Below are positions 20,201-30,574 of a DNA stretch of 64,000 nt, in pieces (the first letter of the stretch is position 1; every line of letters begins with the position of its first letter). The DNA lies in NCBI GenBank assembly GCA_050506795.1, contig JBJHCF010000001.1, forward strand, positions 160,001 to 224,000. Reading direction: 5' to 3'. Below the pieces are notes generated by a model. The model ran no database searches. It was not told the DNA's origin and saw only the letters and a program-made list of their open reading frames with translations. The translations under genes and the position numbers were made by a program. Source of the DNA: Opitutia bacterium. Its GTDB lineage: Bacteria; Verrucomicrobiota; Verrucomicrobiia; Opitutales; T3Sed10-336.

Positions 20201-21828
20201 GTCAGGGTCACTTCTTTCTGGAGCAGTTCCTCGTATTCATGGCGGAAAAATCGGAGCGTGCTGAGAACCGGATTGGGAGCGGTCTGGCCCAATCCGCAGA
20301 GACTGGTGAATTTAACCACGTCGCACAGTTCCTCCAGCAGGGCCAGGTCGTCGGCGGTGGCCCGGCGGTCGCGAATTTTCTCCAGCAGACCGTGCATCTG
20401 CACGGTGCCGGCCCGGCAGGGGAGGCACTTGCCGCAGGATTCGTCCATACAAAATTGCATGAAGAAGCGCGCCACATCGACCATGTTATTGGAGTCATCC
20501 ATGACGATCATCCCGCCCGACCCCATGATGGATCCCAGCTCGGCCAAGGACTCGTAATCGACCGGAGTATCCAGGTGCCGGGCCGGAATGCACCCGCCGG
20601 AGGGTCCGCCGGTCTGCACGGCTTTGACCTGGCCGTCGGGATCGCCGCCGCCGATTTCCTCCACGATTTCCCGCAGAGTGATTCCCATGGGAACTTCGAT
20701 CAGGCCGGTGTTGGCGATTTTTCCCGCCAGCGCAAAAACTTTGGTACCTTTGCTCTTGTCCGTTCCCACCGACGCGAACCACTCGGCGCCCCGCCGAAGG
20801 ATGGGGGCGATATTGGCGAACGTCTCCACGTTGTTGATCAGAGTGGAATGTCCCCACAGGCCGTGTTCCGCCGGATAGGGCGGACGCGGGCTCGGATTGC
20901 CCCGGCGACCTTCGATGGAGGCCATGAGAGCCGTTTCCTCACCGCAAACAAAAGCTCCGGCCCCGATGCGCAGGTCGACGTTGAAATCGAATGGGGCCTC
21001 GAAGATGCGACTGCCCAGCACCCCCAGGCGCCGGGCGGTGCGGATCGCGGTTTGCAGCCGGTTGATCGCCAACGGATATTCGCCGCGAATGTAAATATAC
21101 CCCTCCGAGGCGCCGACCGCGTAAGCGGCGATGGCCATGCCTTCGAGCACGCGGTGCGGATCGCTTTCCAGAACACTCCGATCCATGAAAGCCCCCGGGT
21201 CGCCTTCATCCGCGTTACAGACGATGTATTTCTTTTCGGAAAGCGCCTTGGCCACCAACGACCACTTGATTCCGGTCGGAAATCCGGCCCCGCCCCGGCC
21301 GCGCAGTCCGCTTTGGGTGATGGTTTTGACGACCTCTTCCGGAGTCATGTCCCGCAACACCTTGTGCAGGGCGAGGTAGCCGTCGGCCTCGATATAAGAC
21401 TCGATCCGTTCCGGATCCACCACACCGCAGTTTTCCAGGACGATCGGCCTTTGCCGGGTGAAAAATGGATGGGAAAGGTCGACCGTGGGCAGCTTGGCTG
21501 CTTCGCCTTCTCCGGCGGCCCGGATCAGAACCGGCGCCTGGGAAGGTTTAACTTTTTCGTAGAGGCGAGCTCCGTCTGCGACCGGACGACCGTCGGACGT
21601 ATTCTCCACCCGGACCAGTGGGCCGCGGGAGCAAAGCTTCATGCAGCCGACCGCGCGCACTTCAACCTTTTCCGAGGTTCCGGAAGCGGAGAGTTCCTCG
21701 CGCAAACCTTCCAGGACGTCGCTTCCGCCGGCGGAAAGGCATCCGGCGGCGGTGCAACAGGAAACACAAACCGGTTTGCGGGCGCCACGTTCCTTCTCGG
21801 CGATAGCCTGGAGTTCACTCTTGTCCAT
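20197..21828 (-). CDS. hoxF: Bidirectional hydrogenase diaphorase NADH/FMN-binding subunit (NuoF-like)
   Basis: [43 protein letters not shown]-terminal thioredoxin-like 2Fe-2S domain. Confidence 0.95.
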   Translation of the reverse strand: MDKSELQAIAEKERGARKPVCVSCCTAAGCLSAGGSDVLEGLREELSASGTSEKVEVRAVGCMKLCSRGPLVRVENTSDGRPVADGARLYEKVKPSQAPVLIRAAGEGEAAKLPTVDLSHPFFTRQRPIVLENCGVVDPERIESYIEADGYLALHKVLRDMTPEEVVKTITQSGLRGRGGAGFPTGIKWSLVAKALSEKKYIVCNADEGDPGAFMDRSVLESDPHRVLEGMAIAAYAVGASEGYIYIRGEYPLAINRLQTAIRTARRLGVLGSRIFEAPFDFNVDLRIGAGAFVCGEETALMASIEGRRGNPSPRPPYPAEHGLWGHSTLINNVETFANIAPILRRGAEWFASVGTDKSKGTKVFALAGKIANTGLIEVPMGITLREIVEEIGGGDPDGQVKAVQTGGPSGGCIPARHLDTPVDYESLAELGSIMGSGGMIVMDDSNNMVDVARFFMQFCMDESCGKCLPCRAGTVQMHGLLEKIRDRRATADDLALLEELCDVVKFTSLCGLGQTAPNPVLSTLRFFRHEYEELLQKEVTLT

Positions 21829-22357
21829 CTTCGGCCTCCCAGCTTTCCAGTTTTTTCAATGCATCCTCCGGTGATTGTTGTCCGGCAACTTCCCCGTCAT
21901 ACACCACCGCCGGCGCGATGCCGCAGGCGCCGAGGCAACGTGCGGTGGACAGGGTCAGGCTTCCGTCCTCGGCCGTGACGCCGTCCTTGAGGCCTGTTTT
22001 TTCCTCCATTGCCATCAGAATCTCTCCCGAGCCCTTAACGTAGCAGGCGGTGCCCATGCAGATGGTGCAGGAGTGCCGGCCGCGCGGCTCGAGAGTGAAA
22101 AAATGATAGAACGTCGCGACGCCATAAACGCGGCTGGGAGGAAGTTTGAGGGCGTGTGCCACGTAAAGGAGGACATCGCTGTTGAGGTATCCGAACAGTC
22201 CCTGGGCGCTGTGCAAAACTTCGATCAGGGCATCCGGCTGATAGCGAAGTTTTTTGAGTGACGTATCCAACATTCGGAATCGGTTATCCCCGCTCGGATG
22301 TTCCGATGATTCCCCGCGACCTTTGACCCGGGTCGCGGTGTTGGCTGTCGTTTTCAT
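21815..22357 (-). CDS. hoxE: Bidirectional hydrogenase subunit (NuoE-like)
   Basis: ALIEVLH.AQ..FGYL, GVATFYH, CMGTAC, CLGAC. Confidence 0.94.
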   Translation of the reverse strand: MKTTANTATRVKGRGESSEHPSGDNRFRMLDTSLKKLRYQPDALIEVLHSAQGLFGYLNSDVLLYVAHALKLPPSRVYGVATFYHFFTLEPRGRHSCTICMGTACYVKGSGEILMAMEEKTGLKDGVTAEDGSLTLSTARCLGACGIAPAVVYDGEVAGQQSPEDALKKLESWEAEDGQE

Positions 22358-22765
22358 AAGTCTGATCGACCCTGAAGGGGCCGGTGTTCAGGTTTGGGGC
22401 GGTGGAGCCGGGTGAACGAACGAAAGCATCCAAGACCCGGGTGTCGGAATCGACCGCCCCGGGAGGCGTTTTTCGACATTCGATCGAACAGACAACCGGA
22501 TCGGCCTCTTTGCGCCGTGGTCGAGACTCTGAGCTTCCCCTGTCGCCATGGTTCTCCTTTCGGTCGTTCCCTTGACTACGTGGATACTACCCAAACCATA
22601 CCCCGGCTGGCTCTGCGTCGCTTGCCGGAGACTTGGCATGAATTGTCCCCGGTCGTAGCGATTCGAAACCCGATGGTGGAAACGAAACGGCACTTCCCTG
22701 GCCGGAGCTGGTCGGCAGAGTGCGGTCCGCGTGTCTGAACTTGTACGACCGGGAAGGGGCGGAGT

Positions 22766-23512
22766 TTACTTGCCGCCTGATTTTCGCGGCGCCCGGCGGA
22801 CCAGGACGCGGGTGGTGTCGGCGGTCTTTTGCTTTTTCACTTCGAAGGAATCGATGGCGTCAAACAAATCGCTCAATTTGCGGAAACCATAGTTCCGGGA
22901 ATCAAACGAGCCCTGGTTGGCAATATGGGATCCGATCGGCCCCAGCGAGGCCCAGCCATCCTCATCCTCCACCGCTTCCACCGCACTGCGGAGGGTGTTC
23001 ATCAGTTTGGCGTCTTTTTTCAACTGCGCGCTGCCGGAGCGCTTTTCGGACGGAGAAGCCGCCGTCTTTTTTTCATCCTCCAGGTAGAGGAATCGCGTGC
23101 AGCTGTTGACGAAAGGCGAGGGTGCTTTGTTGCCGCCGAAACCGATGACCTGCTTGCCGTCGGCGCGCAGGCGTAAAATCAGAGGGGTGAAATCACAGTC
23201 GGAGGACACCAGGCAGAAGGTTCCGATATCCTTGGTGTAAAGCAGGTCCATGGCGTCGATCAGCAGCGCCATGTCACTGGCGTTTTTCCCTTTGATGATA
23301 TCGAAATGCTGAACTGGCTGGATGGCGTAATCGTGTAGGATCTTCTCCCAGCCGGCCAGGGCGGTCTTTTTCCAGTTGCCGTAGGCGCGGCGGATATTGA
23401 CCACTCCGTAGGAAGCGAGCTCGGCGATGATAAAGTCAATCTTCGCCGCCGGCGCGTTGTCGGCGTCGATAAGCAGGGCGATGTTTTCGTGCGACGGTGC
23501 GGGCGCGGTCAT
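22766..23512 (-). CDS. NYN (LabA/DUF88 PIN-like) domain protein with C-terminal OST-HTH/LOTUS domain
   Basis: ALLIDADN, RAYGNW, GKNASD, SSDCDF; C-terminal FDSRNYGFRKLSDL. Confidence 0.88.
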   Translation of the reverse strand: MTAPAPSHENIALLIDADNAPAAKIDFIIAELASYGVVNIRRAYGNWKKTALAGWEKILHDYAIQPVQHFDIIKGKNASDMALLIDAMDLLYTKDIGTFCLVSSDCDFTPLILRLRADGKQVIGFGGNKAPSPFVNSCTRFLYLEDEKKTAASPSEKRSGSAQLKKDAKLMNTLRSAVEAVEDEDGWASLGPIGSHIANQGSFDSRNYGFRKLSDLFDAIDSFEVKKQKTADTTRVLVRRAPRKSGGK

Positions 23513-23654
23513 TGGGTGCCACTCATGACACCGGGTCACGCGGGGTCAAGCGTGTACTGGGGCCGGTGCACGCCCGGCAGGGTGATTTTTACATTTCTGA
23601 CTGTCCGTCGCCGGCGGCGTGGTGTCTTTGTGCAACGTCTGATATGCCCTTGAG

Positions 23655-24121
23655 ATGAGATGGTCGATTCCTGTTTTCTGCACGGCGCTTGCCGGTGTGA
23701 TCAGCGCTGACGCAATGGCCGACACCTGGAGATTTGTTTTCCAACCCGGGACGGAGAGTGACGGCGTCACCGTTGTTTCGGTGGATACGGAATTTTCTGA
23801 TGGCGAACGGTTTGGATTTACGGGACCCGCGGTCCGGTCGACGGTGGGTCCGGGGGTGGTGACCAGCGCGGAGCCGTTCTTTTTTCATCTTTCGCTTCCT
23901 GAGGGGACGAGGCGATCAGCGACGACAGTCACTTCAGCACCTACGGCGGCGACCTGTTGGCGCGTTATGTGGTCGAGGGTATTCGGAAGCAGGTTCCCGG
24001 ACTCGCGGAACACCTGCGGACCGAATTGCCGCCTTTCGATCCGGACAATCCTCCGCCGCCGTCCGACTGGAACCTGACGCCCAGCCCGCCCGCGGAATTC
24101 GTCCGTCCTGCCGGGGACTAG
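23655..24121 (+). pseudogene. Internally deleted rhamnogalacturonan acetylesterase-like gene
   Basis: Signal peptide and N-domain (..PFFFHLSLPEG) joined out of frame at ~23905 to an SGNH C-terminus (DDSHFSTYGG..VVEGIR..PPFDP..PAGD, stop 24119-24121); the catalytic GDS core is absent. Confidence 0.75.
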
Positions 24122-24194
24122 GCTTTGGAATCTTTGCCAAACGGCTAAGTTGCCATTGGGTAACATTCCCGATTAACCTTCCCGTTCAACACTC

Positions 24195-25010
24195 ATGAAG
24201 TTCACAATCATCAATAGCTTTCTGCTGTTTTTTGTCATGGCATCATTCTCCGCTCAGGCCGACACATCGGAACGCCTGCCCAGGCTATACCTTATCGGTG
24301 ACTCCACCGTTCGGGTCGGAACCCCCGGACAGCGCGGGTGGGGGGAGGAATTCGAGCGTTACTTCGACACCGGGCGTATCGAAGTGATCAACCGGGCCAT
24401 CGGGGGCCGCAGCAGCCGAACGTTTCAGACGGAAGGTCGATGGGACGCCATATTGGAGGATCTGGCGCCGGGTGATTTTGTCATCATGCAGTTCGGCCAT
24501 AACGACGGAGGCCCCATCAACGACGACAGTCGCGCCCGCGGGACTCTGCGGGGCACGGGAGAAGAATCCGAAGAGATTGAGAATATGCTGACCGGCCTTC
24601 ATGAAGTGGTCCGTACCTACGGCTGGTATATGCGTAAGTACGTTCGTGATACGTTAGACAAAGGCGCCACTCCGATTGTCTGTTCCCCGGTGGCGCGAAA
24701 GATCTGGGAGGACGGAAAAATCGTGCGCGATCGTTACGGTCCCTGGGCAAGGGAGAGCGCCGAATCGGAAGGCGGATTGTTCGTCGACCTCAACGAAATC
24801 ATCGCCTTGCGCTACGAGGAGCTCGGACCGGAAAGTGTGGAGCCCTTTTTTGCCGACGAACGTACCCACACCTCGGCGGAAGGGGCGATTTTCAACGCTG
24901 AGTCCGTCATCCTCGGCCTGGGCGGGCTGGACCCGAATCCCCTGGAGGAGTACTTGTCCGAGGAAGGCCTGGGTCTGGCAACCGAAGCTCGGGGCGCCGT
25001 TCAGGGCTAG
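24195..25010 (+). CDS. Rhamnogalacturonan acetylesterase (SGNH/GDSL, CE12-like)
   Basis: Signal peptide, IGDST, GWG, GRSSRTF, QFGHND, D..HT. Confidence 0.9.
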   Translation: MKFTIINSFLLFFVMASFSAQADTSERLPRLYLIGDSTVRVGTPGQRGWGEEFERYFDTGRIEVINRAIGGRSSRTFQTEGRWDAILEDLAPGDFVIMQFGHNDGGPINDDSRARGTLRGTGEESEEIENMLTGLHEVVRTYGWYMRKYVRDTLDKGATPIVCSPVARKIWEDGKIVRDRYGPWARESAESEGGLFVDLNEIIALRYEELGPESVEPFFADERTHTSAEGAIFNAESVILGLGGLDPNPLEEYLSEEGLGLATEARGAVQG

Positions 25011-25024
25011 GAGAAACAATGGCG

Positions 25025-25040
25025 TTGGAATTCTGTTTGC
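25025..25040 (+). promoter_or_regulatory. Possible sigma-54 (-24/-12) promoter
   Basis: TTGGAATTCTGTTTGC has GG-N10-GC spacing, 50 bp upstream of the TDT transporter start. Confidence 0.35.
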
Positions 25041-25089
25041 CATGGAAATTATCTTGATTACGCATGATTATGTAGTCATATAGTATCGC

Positions 25090-26064
25090 ATGAGTGAAAA
25101 CCAACCGTTGGAGCCGATCGACACCCGGCTGAAGAATTTACCGGTTCCCTTGTACGGGTCGGTCATGGGACTTACCGGTTTGGCGTTGGCGGTCGAACGC
25201 CTCGAGGAATTGCGTTTTGGGGGCAATCTGGGGATTTTGCTGCTGTATGGGGTCACAGGCTGGTTCCTCGTTTTGACTGGCGCCTACCTGGCGAAATGGA
25301 TCCGCTATCCCTCCGCGGTCGCGATCGAGTACCGGCATCCGGTGCGGATGAATTTTTTCCCGGCGATTTCGATATCCCTGTTGCTGCTGGCGATCGGTTA
25401 TCTCGATCATCAACCGTCCCTCTCCTCGATTCTGTGGCATGCGGGAACAGGCCTCCATTTGTTCTTCCTCCTGCGCACGTTTCGGGTTTGGTTTTTCCGC
25501 GGGCTGGAATTGCAGTCCTTCAATCCGGCCTGGTTTATACCGGTGGTGGGAACCATTCTGGTGCCGGTGGCCGGGGTGGCGCACGCGCCGGCTGAGGTCT
25601 CGTGGTTTTTCTTCAGCACTGGAATCGTGTTCTGGATTGCCATGCTGGGTATGACGCTTCAACGGGTAATCTTTCACCATGGCCTGCCCCCCAGGATGTT
25701 GCCCACGCTGTTTATCCTCATTGCTCCGCCCGCGGTGGGGTTTATCTCCTATCTTCGCCTGACCGGTGAGATCGATACCTTTGCCCGAATTCTCTACTTT
25801 AACGCGCTGTTTATGGTGCTCATGGTCCTGGTTTTTTCGGACCGCTTTGCCCGCCTCCCGTTTTTTATCTCCTGGTGGGCTTACACCTTTCCCATGGCGG
25901 CGGTGACGCTGGCCAGCTTTACCTATTTCCAGTTTTCCGGAGTTCAATTCTTCTTCTGGCTCGCCGTTTTCCTGCTGGGACTGTTGTCGTTGATCATCCT
26001 TGTGGTGGGTTGGTTTACGGGAAGGGCCGCCATGCGACGCGAACTCTGCGTTCCCGAGGGTTGA
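25090..26064 (+). CDS. TDT family (TehA/SLAC1) anion channel/transporter
   Basis: About 10 TM helices; VMGLTGL, HPVRMNFF, PAWFIPVVG, SWWAYTFP. Confidence 0.9.
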   Translation: MSENQPLEPIDTRLKNLPVPLYGSVMGLTGLALAVERLEELRFGGNLGILLLYGVTGWFLVLTGAYLAKWIRYPSAVAIEYRHPVRMNFFPAISISLLLLAIGYLDHQPSLSSILWHAGTGLHLFFLLRTFRVWFFRGLELQSFNPAWFIPVVGTILVPVAGVAHAPAEVSWFFFSTGIVFWIAMLGMTLQRVIFHHGLPPRMLPTLFILIAPPAVGFISYLRLTGEIDTFARILYFNALFMVLMVLVFSDRFARLPFFISWWAYTFPMAAVTLASFTYFQFSGVQFFFWLAVFLLGLLSLIILVVGWFTGRAAMRRELCVPEG

Positions 26065-26201
26065 GTCACCGAGACCGTCTCAAACGCGTGGTCTCAACCC
26101 TGTCCGGAGCCATGGATCGGCCTTGATTCGTTAAGTCAAAGGTGATTGGATAATCACTCCGGCATTTTGAGACCCTAACGCCAACGAAAGACGCAACCGC
26201 C

Positions 26202-27368
26202 ATGATGGAAAAAGCTTCGGAACCATACTCGAGACGGGAGTTTCTGCGACGCCTCTCGCTGGGAGCGGGAGCGGCGGCGCTTTTCCCCGCGGTGTCCTGC
26301 GCGACAAACCAGAACCAGAGTTACCGGAAGTACTTTGAGGATTGGCAGGAACGAGAGGCTCTGCCCGACGAGGAAAAGCTTGGGGTGGCGCTGGTGGGTT
26401 TGGGGAGTTACGCCACCTACCAACTGGCCCCGGCGTTGCAGCATACCAAGTGGTGCCGCTTGACCGGTATTGTGACCGGGACACCCGAAAAAAAGGAACA
26501 GTGGTATCGGCGTTACGGCATCACGGAGGAGCATGCGTACAGCTATGAAACCTATGATCGCATCGTGGACGACCCGGCGATCGACATCATTTACATTGTG
26601 CTGCCCAACAGCATGCACGCGGAGTACACGATTCGGGCGGCGCAGGCCGGCAAACACGTGATTTGTGAAAAACCGATGGCCACCTCGGTGGCCGACGCCG
26701 AAGCCATGGTGGCGGCTTGCCGGGAAAACGATCGCAAGCTTTCCATCGGGTACCGGCTGCATTATGAGCCGCATCATGAGAAGGTGATGCGATTGGGGAG
26801 GCAAGATGTGCTGGGACCGGTTCGGGAGATGCGGGGGGATTTCTCGTTCCGTATCGGCAGCAATCCGGACGTCTGGCGCTTGAACAGGGAACTGGCCGGC
26901 GGCGGCCCGTTGATGGATATCGGGGTTTACGTCGTGCAGGCCGCGCTGTACACGGTGGGAGAGCTTCCGGTGGCGGTGACGGCTCGAAAGGAAACAATTA
27001 ACGAGGAGCTGTTTTCGGAGGTTGAAGAATCGATCGAATGGGATCTCGAATTTCCCGGAGGACTGGTTGCCCACGGGGCCTCCAGCTATTCACGCGGCGG
27101 CAACAGCCATCGCGCCGAGGCGACCGACGGTTGGTTCGAGTTGCAGCCGGCCTACGGTTATTCCGGGGTAAGGGGACGCACATCCAGTGCCGATATGGAC
27201 TTTCCCCAGGTCAATCAGCAGGCCCTGCAGATGGACGCCTTTGCCGATCACATTTTGCACGGTGGCGAAAATCGGGTCCCGGGAGAGATGGGTTTGCGGG
27301 ACACAAAAATCCTCTACGCGATTTACGAAGCGGCGGAAACCGGGGAAAAGGTGGCGCTGGAGTTATAA
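26202..27368 (+). CDS. Tat-exported glucose-fructose oxidoreductase-like protein (Gfo/Idh/MocA)
   Basis: SRREFL Tat motif, VGLG.YA, CEKPMA, GGG.LMDIGVY. Confidence 0.9.
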   Translation: MMEKASEPYSRREFLRRLSLGAGAAALFPAVSCATNQNQSYRKYFEDWQEREALPDEEKLGVALVGLGSYATYQLAPALQHTKWCRLTGIVTGTPEKKEQWYRRYGITEEHAYSYETYDRIVDDPAIDIIYIVLPNSMHAEYTIRAAQAGKHVICEKPMATSVADAEAMVAACRENDRKLSIGYRLHYEPHHEKVMRLGRQDVLGPVREMRGDFSFRIGSNPDVWRLNRELAGGGPLMDIGVYVVQAALYTVGELPVAVTARKETINEELFSEVEESIEWDLEFPGGLVAHGASSYSRGGNSHRAEATDGWFELQPAYGYSGVRGRTSSADMDFPQVNQQALQMDAFADHILHGGENRVPGEMGLRDTKILYAIYEAAETGEKVALEL

Positions 27369-27388
27369 GCGCCTGAATCGCCCGTTGG

Positions 27389-27664
27389 TTATCGGCGTTT
27401 TCGGGTCAGGAGACCCACCACGATCACAAACGCGACGGAGCCGATGATCGACCAGATGACCGGAAACGCGTTTCCACCGATCTGAATATTGAGCAATTCC
27501 GGTAATCCGAGCTGAGAACTCATCCAGGATCCGAGCAGGGCGCCGATAAATCCGACGACCACCGAAACCAGAATGCCGCCGAGGGAAAAGCCGGCAATCG
27601 CTTGCCCGATGGCGCCACAGACGCCGGCGATAAGAAGAAGCAGCAATAATTCCAGGAAGTTCAT
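27389..27664 (-). CDS. GlsB/YeaQ/YmgE family membrane protein
   Basis: Small Gly-rich 3-TM protein with GFIGALLG and WSIIG. Confidence 0.85.
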   Translation of the reverse strand: MNFLELLLLLLIAGVCGAIGQAIAGFSLGGILVSVVVGFIGALLGSWMSSQLGLPELLNIQIGGNAFPVIWSIIGSVAFVIVVGLLTRKRR

Positions 27665-27748
27665 GACCTGAAGGTTAAGGCGAACGGGATGAACTGTAAA
27701 CCGGTTTTCCCGGTTTAGCGGGTCGGAAACGTTCGGAGGGTTGTGGTT

Positions 27749-29038
27749 TCACACCAGCGGTGTTTCCCCGGGAACGGCGACAATGGGAGCGGGAAGATCG
27801 GTGAATTCGTAGGTTTCCGGGGTCAGATCGAGTTGCGACGCCTGCATGGCCCAGTTCCAGCTCAATGAGCGTCCGGTATAAGCGCTCATTCGTGCCATGA
27901 TGGCGGTCAGCGAACTCTCGGCGATGCGGACCGCCTCGTTCAGATGTTTGTTATTTCGAATGGCATCGATTTGATCCGCATGCTGTCTAATCACCGGGTC
28001 GGGAGAGGATCCCTGATACCGATAAGGATGTTGCCCCTTGATCTCGGCTTGTCCGAAGTCGAAATACGCCTCGCCCGCAGTGCCGAACAAACGCTGATCG
28101 TTTCGTCCGTGAATGCCATTCATCTGGGCTCCCTTGTAGCTTATCCTGATATCACCGGGATACACGTACTCTACCGCGATGTGATCATACGCGTCTCCGA
28201 AGATGGGATCGGTCCGGGCCTGGCGACCTCCGATGGCGGTGCACTGAATGGGATGACTATTCAGGGCCCAGTTGATCAGATCCAGGTTGTGGACGTGCTG
28301 CTCCACCGGGAAATCCCCTCCCAGCCAGGTATGAAAAAGCCATCGGCGAATCTGCCACTCCATATCCGACCACTCCGGTCTCCGTTCGGCGGGCCCCCAG
28401 GAAGTCAAACCGTCGCCCAGACGGGTGCATTGGCCGCTGGTGATCGTTCCCAGGTCACCATTGTGAATTCGGGGCATCAGTTCCACCAGGGGAGCCAGGC
28501 GTCGCATTTGAGTTCCCGCCACCACGGTGAGTCCCCGGCTATCCGCCAGGGCCGCGGTTTCAATTACCGAACGGACACCCGCCGGATCGACCGCAACCGG
28601 CTTTTCCACAAAGACATGTTTGCCCGCCTCGATGGCTGCCTGGAAATGGCGGGGACGAAAGTGAGGAGGCTGGGTCATCAGGACGAGGTGGACGTCGGTG
28701 GCCAACAGCTCCTGATAGGCATCAAAACCGGAAAAACGCGCCTCCGGGGACACTCGAACCGCCTCCGGGTGGCGGTCGCTCAGGAAATCGACAAAGGAGT
28801 CCAATCGCTCGGGAAAAAGGTCCGCCACGGCGGTGATCACCAGGTTCTCCGCCGATTTGAGGCACTGGTCGGCGATGTATCGGCCGCGGCCGCCACAGCC
28901 GATCACGCCGATGCGAAGGCGATCGGAGCCTGCCGCAAAGACCGCGGGCCGCGCCGCGGATACGGCAAGCGTTCCCGCGGCCGTTATCTTAAGGAAATCT
29001 CGACGAGACAGGGAGGAGGAAGAGGTGCTTTTGGTCAC
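27749..29038 (-). CDS. Tat-exported Gfo/Idh/MocA oxidoreductase
   Basis: SRRDFLK, IGCGGRG, EKPVAVD, EQHVHNLD. Confidence 0.9.
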   Translation of the reverse strand: MTKSTSSSSLSRRDFLKITAAGTLAVSAARPAVFAAGSDRLRIGVIGCGGRGRYIADQCLKSAENLVITAVADLFPERLDSFVDFLSDRHPEAVRVSPEARFSGFDAYQELLATDVHLVLMTQPPHFRPRHFQAAIEAGKHVFVEKPVAVDPAGVRSVIETAALADSRGLTVVAGTQMRRLAPLVELMPRIHNGDLGTITSGQCTRLGDGLTSWGPAERRPEWSDMEWQIRRWLFHTWLGGDFPVEQHVHNLDLINWALNSHPIQCTAIGGRQARTDPIFGDAYDHIAVEYVYPGDIRISYKGAQMNGIHGRNDQRLFGTAGEAYFDFGQAEIKGQHPYRYQGSSPDPVIRQHADQIDAIRNNKHLNEAVRIAESSLTAIMARMSAYTGRSLSWNWAMQASQLDLTPETYEFTDLPAPIVAVPGETPLV

Positions 29039-29129
29039 GGGAATCCTTGGTTTCTTTCTGAGAGCGCAGGATTGGTGTTAAAGGCAAAACCGTTCGGCGG
29101 CAATCGAAAAAACCGAAAGGAGCCGTGGG

Positions 29130-30509
29130 TCAGTGTTTCCGAACACACTTGTCGAAGCGTTGGGGGAATCGGTTTTTGGGATCCCATCGTTTTTTGAGTT
29201 CGCGACAGTGTGGCTCGTTGTAGAGGAGATCGAAAACTTCCGGCTCGAACCAGGACGTTGAATACAGCGATTTCCTTCCTCCCAGTTCTGCGGTTTTCTC
29301 TTCGACCATCCGGTCGAAATAGCCTGGAGGATGATTCGAAGGAACGCCTCCCCAGAACCCGAAATTGACGTACAATCTCGCGGGGTCCACCGGGTAGAGG
29401 GGAAACCGGCGACTGACATCCGGCGCGGCCGCCGGACAGATCCAGATGGGCAGGAGACGGACTTCCTTATGCATGAATTCAAGGAATGCCGGAGCGTGAT
29501 CGATTGGTATCTCCACATCCTGGATCACATATTCGACCCCTCGACCAAGAAACGCGAGCAAACCAAGGCGCTGGAGCAGCGCCTTGATTTTCCAGTAGGT
29601 GGTGGAACGCAGCAATCCGAACCGGCGGTAAAGAAATCTGAGAACAGGATTCTCCGCCCCGAAAGCGCGGGAACACCAAAACCAGTCGGTATCCCACCGC
29701 CAAAGGTAGCCTGCGGTTGTAAGCCAATCTTCATCATGCTCTCGCAGGGACCGGTAATAGATCCGTTTGCCGGTGTAGTCGCTGACCCGGGGGGCGGTCT
29801 CGGCCCACTCGCCCGTAGTGAGAATGTACTCTCCTTCGGCGAACACCGATCCGTCGATGAAGGACAGGGCGGAACCTTCCGCGCGATGAGATCGACAGAG
29901 GCGTTCCATTTCTTCGAAGAAAGGGGTCATTTCTTTGAATCGCCGGTGGCGCAGTTTTACATAGGAATGCGTGGGTACAATCCGAATACGCGCTCGAAGA
30001 CAGTATCCCAGGGCGCCATAGGAGCAGGGAAAGGAGAAAAAGAGTTCGCTGTGATTGTCCGGACGACAGGTCGGGCATTCTCCGGTGCCGGTGAGGAGGT
30101 CGAGCTCGGAAACCGTTTCATGGACGAATCCGTAGCGAAAGGACGAGGACTCGATTCCTCCGCCTGAAATGGCGCCGCCGACGGTGATGGATTTCAGTTC
30201 GGGGACGACAGCGGGCATAAACCCGTAGGGGAGGAGGGTGGCGACCACCGTTTCGTAGGTGGCCATGCCTTCCACGTCCGCCCAACCCTGTGCCGGATCG
30301 ATGCACAAAACGCGGTTGAAGGAGCGCAGGTCCAAATAGCGGCGTGCGGCACCGGCGCGGGAACGAAAAAGATTAGAAGTGGATTTTTTCAGACGAAACG
30401 GCTCGCCCGCCTGGTCCAATTCGCGGAATCGTTCCAGCAAGGCGGTCTTGCGTGCCTCGTAATCGGCATAGGCGGCTGCGGAGGCGTCGGATCCGGGTGT
30501 GAGTGACAT
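29130..30509 (-). CDS. FAD-binding oxidoreductase (Delta24-sterol-reductase-like; BfaA/TmsA-like)
   Basis: K.TSNLFR, VVPELKSITVGGA..G.GIESSS, WRWDTDWFWCS, QDVEIP, YVNFGFWG, KSLYS; directly after the cfa-like gene. Confidence 0.8.
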   Translation of the reverse strand: MSLTPGSDASAAAYADYEARKTALLERFRELDQAGEPFRLKKSTSNLFRSRAGAARRYLDLRSFNRVLCIDPAQGWADVEGMATYETVVATLLPYGFMPAVVPELKSITVGGAISGGGIESSSFRYGFVHETVSELDLLTGTGECPTCRPDNHSELFFSFPCSYGALGYCLRARIRIVPTHSYVKLRHRRFKEMTPFFEEMERLCRSHRAEGSALSFIDGSVFAEGEYILTTGEWAETAPRVSDYTGKRIYYRSLREHDEDWLTTAGYLWRWDTDWFWCSRAFGAENPVLRFLYRRFGLLRSTTYWKIKALLQRLGLLAFLGRGVEYVIQDVEIPIDHAPAFLEFMHKEVRLLPIWICPAAAPDVSRRFPLYPVDPARLYVNFGFWGGVPSNHPPGYFDRMVEEKTAELGGRKSLYSTSWFEPEVFDLLYNEPHCRELKKRWDPKNRFPQRFDKCVRKH

Positions 30510-30574
30510 GGAAAAAGGGGATCCGTTTTTATTATCGGTTGAAGGTGGCCATGGCGAGTGCCGGATCAAGGGTC

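Noticed and set aside
20239..21978. Long antisense ORFs (579 aa opposite hoxF; others opposite pfk, the kinase and oxidoreductases)
   Set aside because: Shadow ORFs typical of GC-rich coding DNA; no motifs.
22633..22647. TTGGCATGAATTGTC as a sigma-54 promoter for hox
   Set aside because: Wrong strand for hoxE and lacks the -12 GC.
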